In this document: one piece after another, positions 60,825-64,000 of the stretch
Position numbering within the stretch: position 1 is the first letter of the stretch
Layout of the letters: each line of letters begins with the position of its first letter
Assembly (NCBI GenBank): GCA_043809315.1
Contig: JAZDDX010000024.1
Location: 68,167-132,166 of the forward strand
Source of the DNA: Pseudomonadota bacterium
GTDB taxonomy: Bacteria > Bdellovibrionota_G > JALEGL01 > DATDPG01
DNA length: 64,000 bases
Reading direction: 5' to 3'
Position numbers and translations under genes: made by a program
The notes under the pieces: model-generated
Seen by the model: the letters and a program-made list of their open reading frames with translations, nothing else
Databases searched by the model: none
What the model was told of the DNA's origin: nothing

Positions 60825-61981
60825 TGTCCCAGAAGTTCTTCGAGATCATCCCTCCGGGGACCAACATCGATTTCATCGGGAAGTGGAGATACGTCTTCAC
60901 CATCAGCATCCTGATGGTCGTCGTATCGACCGTCCTTCTCTTCACGAAAGGGATCAACTACGGCGTCGACTTCAAGGGGGGGACCGACCTCCACATCCGC
61001 TTCTACGACAAGACGAGTGCGGCCGAGGTGCGAACCACCCTGTCCACACTCGGCTATGGGGATGCCATGGTGCAGGGGTACGGGGACCGAAGTTCCAACG
61101 AATTCTTGATCCGGGTGCAGCCGGAGGCGCTGAATTTGATCGGGTACAAAGAACGACTTCAACCGGCGCTCAATGCCGTGGCCCCTGCGGGGGGTGGAGC
61201 GGCCAAGATCCGTTTCCAGGAGGATCGGATCTACGTGAGCTACGACCAACCGTCGGAGCCGAAAAGAATCGAAGAGGCCGTGAACGGGGTCGGAGGGCGC
61301 GATCTTAGGGTCGACAACGTCGCTCAGTTCGGGACGGCGACGGCGAACGAGTACCTGGTTCAATTCGCGGGGATCGCCACGAAGGTGACGAAGGCGTTCC
61401 GCGAACGTCTGGGACCGGCGAAGTTCGAGGTGCTGCAGGTGGAGCAGGTGGGGGCGAAGGTCGGCTCCGAGCTCCGGATGCAGGCGATCGGCGCGGTCCT
61501 GATCTCGATCCTCCTGATCGGGATCTACGTCTGGTTCCGGTTCGACATGATCTTCGCCCCCGGCGCGATGATCTCGCTGATCCACGATCCGCTCGCAGTG
61601 CTGCTGGTCTTCGCGGTGTTCGGAATCCAGTTCGATCTCTCGATCGTCGCGGCGATCCTGACGCTGATCGGGTTCTCGATCAACGACACGATCGTCGTCT
61701 ACGACCGGATCCGGGAGAATTTGAAGAAGACGAAGGACGTCGATCTGCCGAGCCTCATGAACCGCAGCATCAACGAGTGCCTGGGGCGGACGATTTTGAC
61801 GACCGGGACCGTTTTCATGGCCGCGTTAGCTCTTCTTTTCCTGGGAGGACCGATCACATTCAACTTCGCCTTGGCGTTCGCGATCGGGTTGATCGTGGGA
61901 ACCTATTCGACGATTTACGTCTGTTGCCCGATCACGATCATGATCAACAATTACATGGCGCGGAGGGCGGCGCTTCGGTAG
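60824..61981 (+). CDS. secF: Protein translocase subunit SecF
   Basis: GVDFKGG, HD, SINDTIVVYDRIRE, GTYSTIY. Confidence 0.96.
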   Translation: MSQKFFEIIPPGTNIDFIGKWRYVFTISILMVVVSTVLLFTKGINYGVDFKGGTDLHIRFYDKTSAAEVRTTLSTLGYGDAMVQGYGDRSSNEFLIRVQPEALNLIGYKERLQPALNAVAPAGGGAAKIRFQEDRIYVSYDQPSEPKRIEEAVNGVGGRDLRVDNVAQFGTATANEYLVQFAGIATKVTKAFRERLGPAKFEVLQVEQVGAKVGSELRMQAIGAVLISILLIGIYVWFRFDMIFAPGAMISLIHDPLAVLLVFAVFGIQFDLSIVAAILTLIGFSINDTIVVYDRIRENLKKTKDVDLPSLMNRSINECLGRTILTTGTVFMAALALLFLGGPITFNFALAFAIGLIVGTYSTIYVCCPITIMINNYMARRAALR

Positions 61982-61985
61982 TCCC

Positions 61986-63701
61986 ATGGCCGTCCGTTGG
62001 CGGGTCGTCGAGGCGGATGAACGGACGGTCGCGGAGCTGAATCAATCGTTGGCTCTCCCCGAGCCGCTCGCGCGCCTTCTGGTCGCGCGGGGGATCTCGA
62101 CCTCCGACGAGGCCGAACGATATTTCCGAAAATCTCTGACCGATCTTCAGAACCCCCGCGAGCTCCACGGAGTCGAAGAGGCTTCTTCGCGGGTCGCAAG
62201 AGCGGTCACGTCGCAGGAGACGGTTTTCGTTCACGGCGACTTCGATGCCGATGGGATCACCGCGACCGCCGTGCTGACGGTCTTCTTGCGGGATCTCGGG
62301 TGCCGGGTGATTCCATTCGTTCCGAACCGCCTCGTCGAGGGGCACGGGATCGCGGAGCGGGCGATCGCTCTTGCAGCCGTGGAACGGGCTTCTCTCCTGA
62401 TCACATGCGATTGCGGGAGCTCCGACCGCGTGGCGATCGGAACGCTTCACGCATCCGGGATCGATGTCGTGGTCACCGACCACCATCATCTCACCGGTGC
62501 ATCGGAGCTGGGTGCGATTCTCGTCAACCCGAAGGCCGCCGGGGGGAGAGGCGCGTGCGACGATCTCTCGGGGGCCGGTGTGGCGTTCATGTTGATCACC
62601 GCGGTTCGCACGAAGTTACGGGAGAGCGGCTTCTTCTCCGGTCGGCCGGAACCGAACCTAAAGGATTATCTCGATATCGTGGCACTCGGAACCGTGGCGG
62701 ACCTCGCACCGCTCGTTGGGCAGAACCGGATCCTGGTTGCCAAGGGACTGGAAGTCCTCGCGGTTTCGCGTCGACCGGGGATCGTAGCGATGCGGGAGAC
62801 GGCCGGCCTGGGGAACGCTGGTTCGATCGGAGCGGAGGATGTCGGATTCCGTCTCGCTCCTCGGATCAATGCAGCCGCTCGCCTGGGGCACGCGGAGGAG
62901 GCGTTGAACCTTCTTCTAGAAGGGGATCTCCTGAAGGCGGAGCGGATGGCCTGCGACCTCGAGGCATGGAACCTCGAGCGGAAGACCGTTCAGGCACAAA
63001 TGCTTCGTCTGGCTACCATCGAGGCGGAACGCCAAGCCGGGGAGGAGGAACCGGCTCTGATCGTCGGCCACGAGTCGTTCCACCCCGGGATCATCGGGTT
63101 GGTGGCACAGAAGCTGTCGGAATCATACCGACTTCCCTCCGTGGTCTTTGCCCTGGAGGGGGAGACGGTCCGTGGTTCGGGGCGGAGCCGGTTCGGAATC
63201 GATCTCTTCGGTGCGCTCGAAGCATGCGCCGATCTTCTTGTCGGGTTCGGCGGGCACAGGGAGGCGGGAGGGTGCACACTCCTTCGTCAGCACCTCCCGG
63301 AATTCACCCGGCGGTTCCGCGCGGCGGTCCGGCAGCAGAAAAATGCCGCGCCGCGCGAATTATCAATTGACGCTTCGCTCAAATTCGGGCAGATCAATGA
63401 GAGATTCTTATCCGCTCTCGATCGATTCCGTCCGTTCGGTGTCGGGAATCCGGAACCGGTCTTCACGACGAAGGCCCGAGTGGTCGGTCAGGCGAAAGAG
63501 ATGGGTAAGGATCACGTGCGGGTTACGCTCGTGGAGTCAGGAGGACCGCCGGTTGCGGCGGTCGGGTTCGGGATGTGGCGGTCGGTAGGCCCGGTGTTGC
63601 GAGGGGACGTGGAGGTCGCCTTTACCCCGGAGGAGAATGACTGGAACGGCCGTCGCGAGATCCGGATCCGGTTACAAGGAGTGCGACCTGTGCAGTTGTA
63701 A
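61986..63701 (+). CDS. recJ: Single-stranded-DNA exonuclease RecJ
   Basis: GDFDADG, TDHH, LGTVAD, PRINAA.RL, GGH, PFGVGNPEP. Confidence 0.95.
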   Translation: MAVRWRVVEADERTVAELNQSLALPEPLARLLVARGISTSDEAERYFRKSLTDLQNPRELHGVEEASSRVARAVTSQETVFVHGDFDADGITATAVLTVFLRDLGCRVIPFVPNRLVEGHGIAERAIALAAVERASLLITCDCGSSDRVAIGTLHASGIDVVVTDHHHLTGASELGAILVNPKAAGGRGACDDLSGAGVAFMLITAVRTKLRESGFFSGRPEPNLKDYLDIVALGTVADLAPLVGQNRILVAKGLEVLAVSRRPGIVAMRETAGLGNAGSIGAEDVGFRLAPRINAAARLGHAEEALNLLLEGDLLKAERMACDLEAWNLERKTVQAQMLRLATIEAERQAGEEEPALIVGHESFHPGIIGLVAQKLSESYRLPSVVFALEGETVRGSGRSRFGIDLFGALEACADLLVGFGGHREAGGCTLLRQHLPEFTRRFRAAVRQQKNAAPRELSIDASLKFGQINERFLSALDRFRPFGVGNPEPVFTTKARVVGQAKEMGKDHVRVTLVESGGPPVAAVGFGMWRSVGPVLRGDVEVAFTPEENDWNGRREIRIRLQGVRPVQL

Positions 63702-63964
63702 GGCAAATCGAGTGTCTGATAATTTGACAGTTAGAACTAAAATAAATGATTTAAATCAAATAGATAATCTGTATGCGGATAATCTGTCTGATTTTTGTGC
63801 AGTTGACAGGGTAAATCATGCATCCCTTATTTTGTGCTCGTCATGAGGGGGGTTGCTAAATTGCCGTGGGAAACGCAGAGTTAGCGGGTAAAATGCCAAA
63901 CGGCGGCGGTTGGCATGAACTTTGAGTATCCAATAAGCGGGAGGCCGCAGAGGGGAAAGGGCAA
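63702..63964 (+). promoter_or_regulatory. AT-rich regulatory region with direct repeats and possible sigma-54 promoter
   Basis: GATAATCTGT twice 15 bp apart; TGGCATGAACTTTGA at 63911-63925; possible ATG at 63965. Confidence 0.35.
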
Positions 63965-64000
63965 AATGGAGACAGTGACGACCAGAGCGGGAGAGCCGGA

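Overview
GC-rich, gene-dense bacterial chromosome segment with about 55 CDS. The gene content (myxobacterial-type Ser/Thr kinase, VWA lipoprotein, multiheme cytochromes, sigma-54 activator) suggests a deltaproteobacteria-like lineage such as Myxococcota or Bdellovibrionota; this is inference. No rRNA, tRNA, CRISPR array or transposase was recognised. Housekeeping content includes nfuA, tdk, pcm, nfeD-slipin-htpX, khpA, udg and queA-tgt-yajC-secD-secF-recJ. Most notable: (1) a porin-cytochrome module (MtrA/DmsE-like decaheme plus beta-barrel) flanked by two paralogous lipoprotein cytochromes with 14 and 4 hemes, close to a fused NfnAB and a Cys-rich ferritin-like gene; (2) a single-chain LuxE-LuxC fatty-acid reductase in a same-strand run with a class III aminotransferase and an aldo-keto reductase; (3) an NTT/TLC-like transporter, an hpnN/hpnO-like pair, hicAB, a nucleotidyltransferase with a 51-aa partner absent from the ORF track, and repeated promoter geometry suggesting leaderless mRNAs. 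All calls come from motif recognition by eye; no database searches were run.
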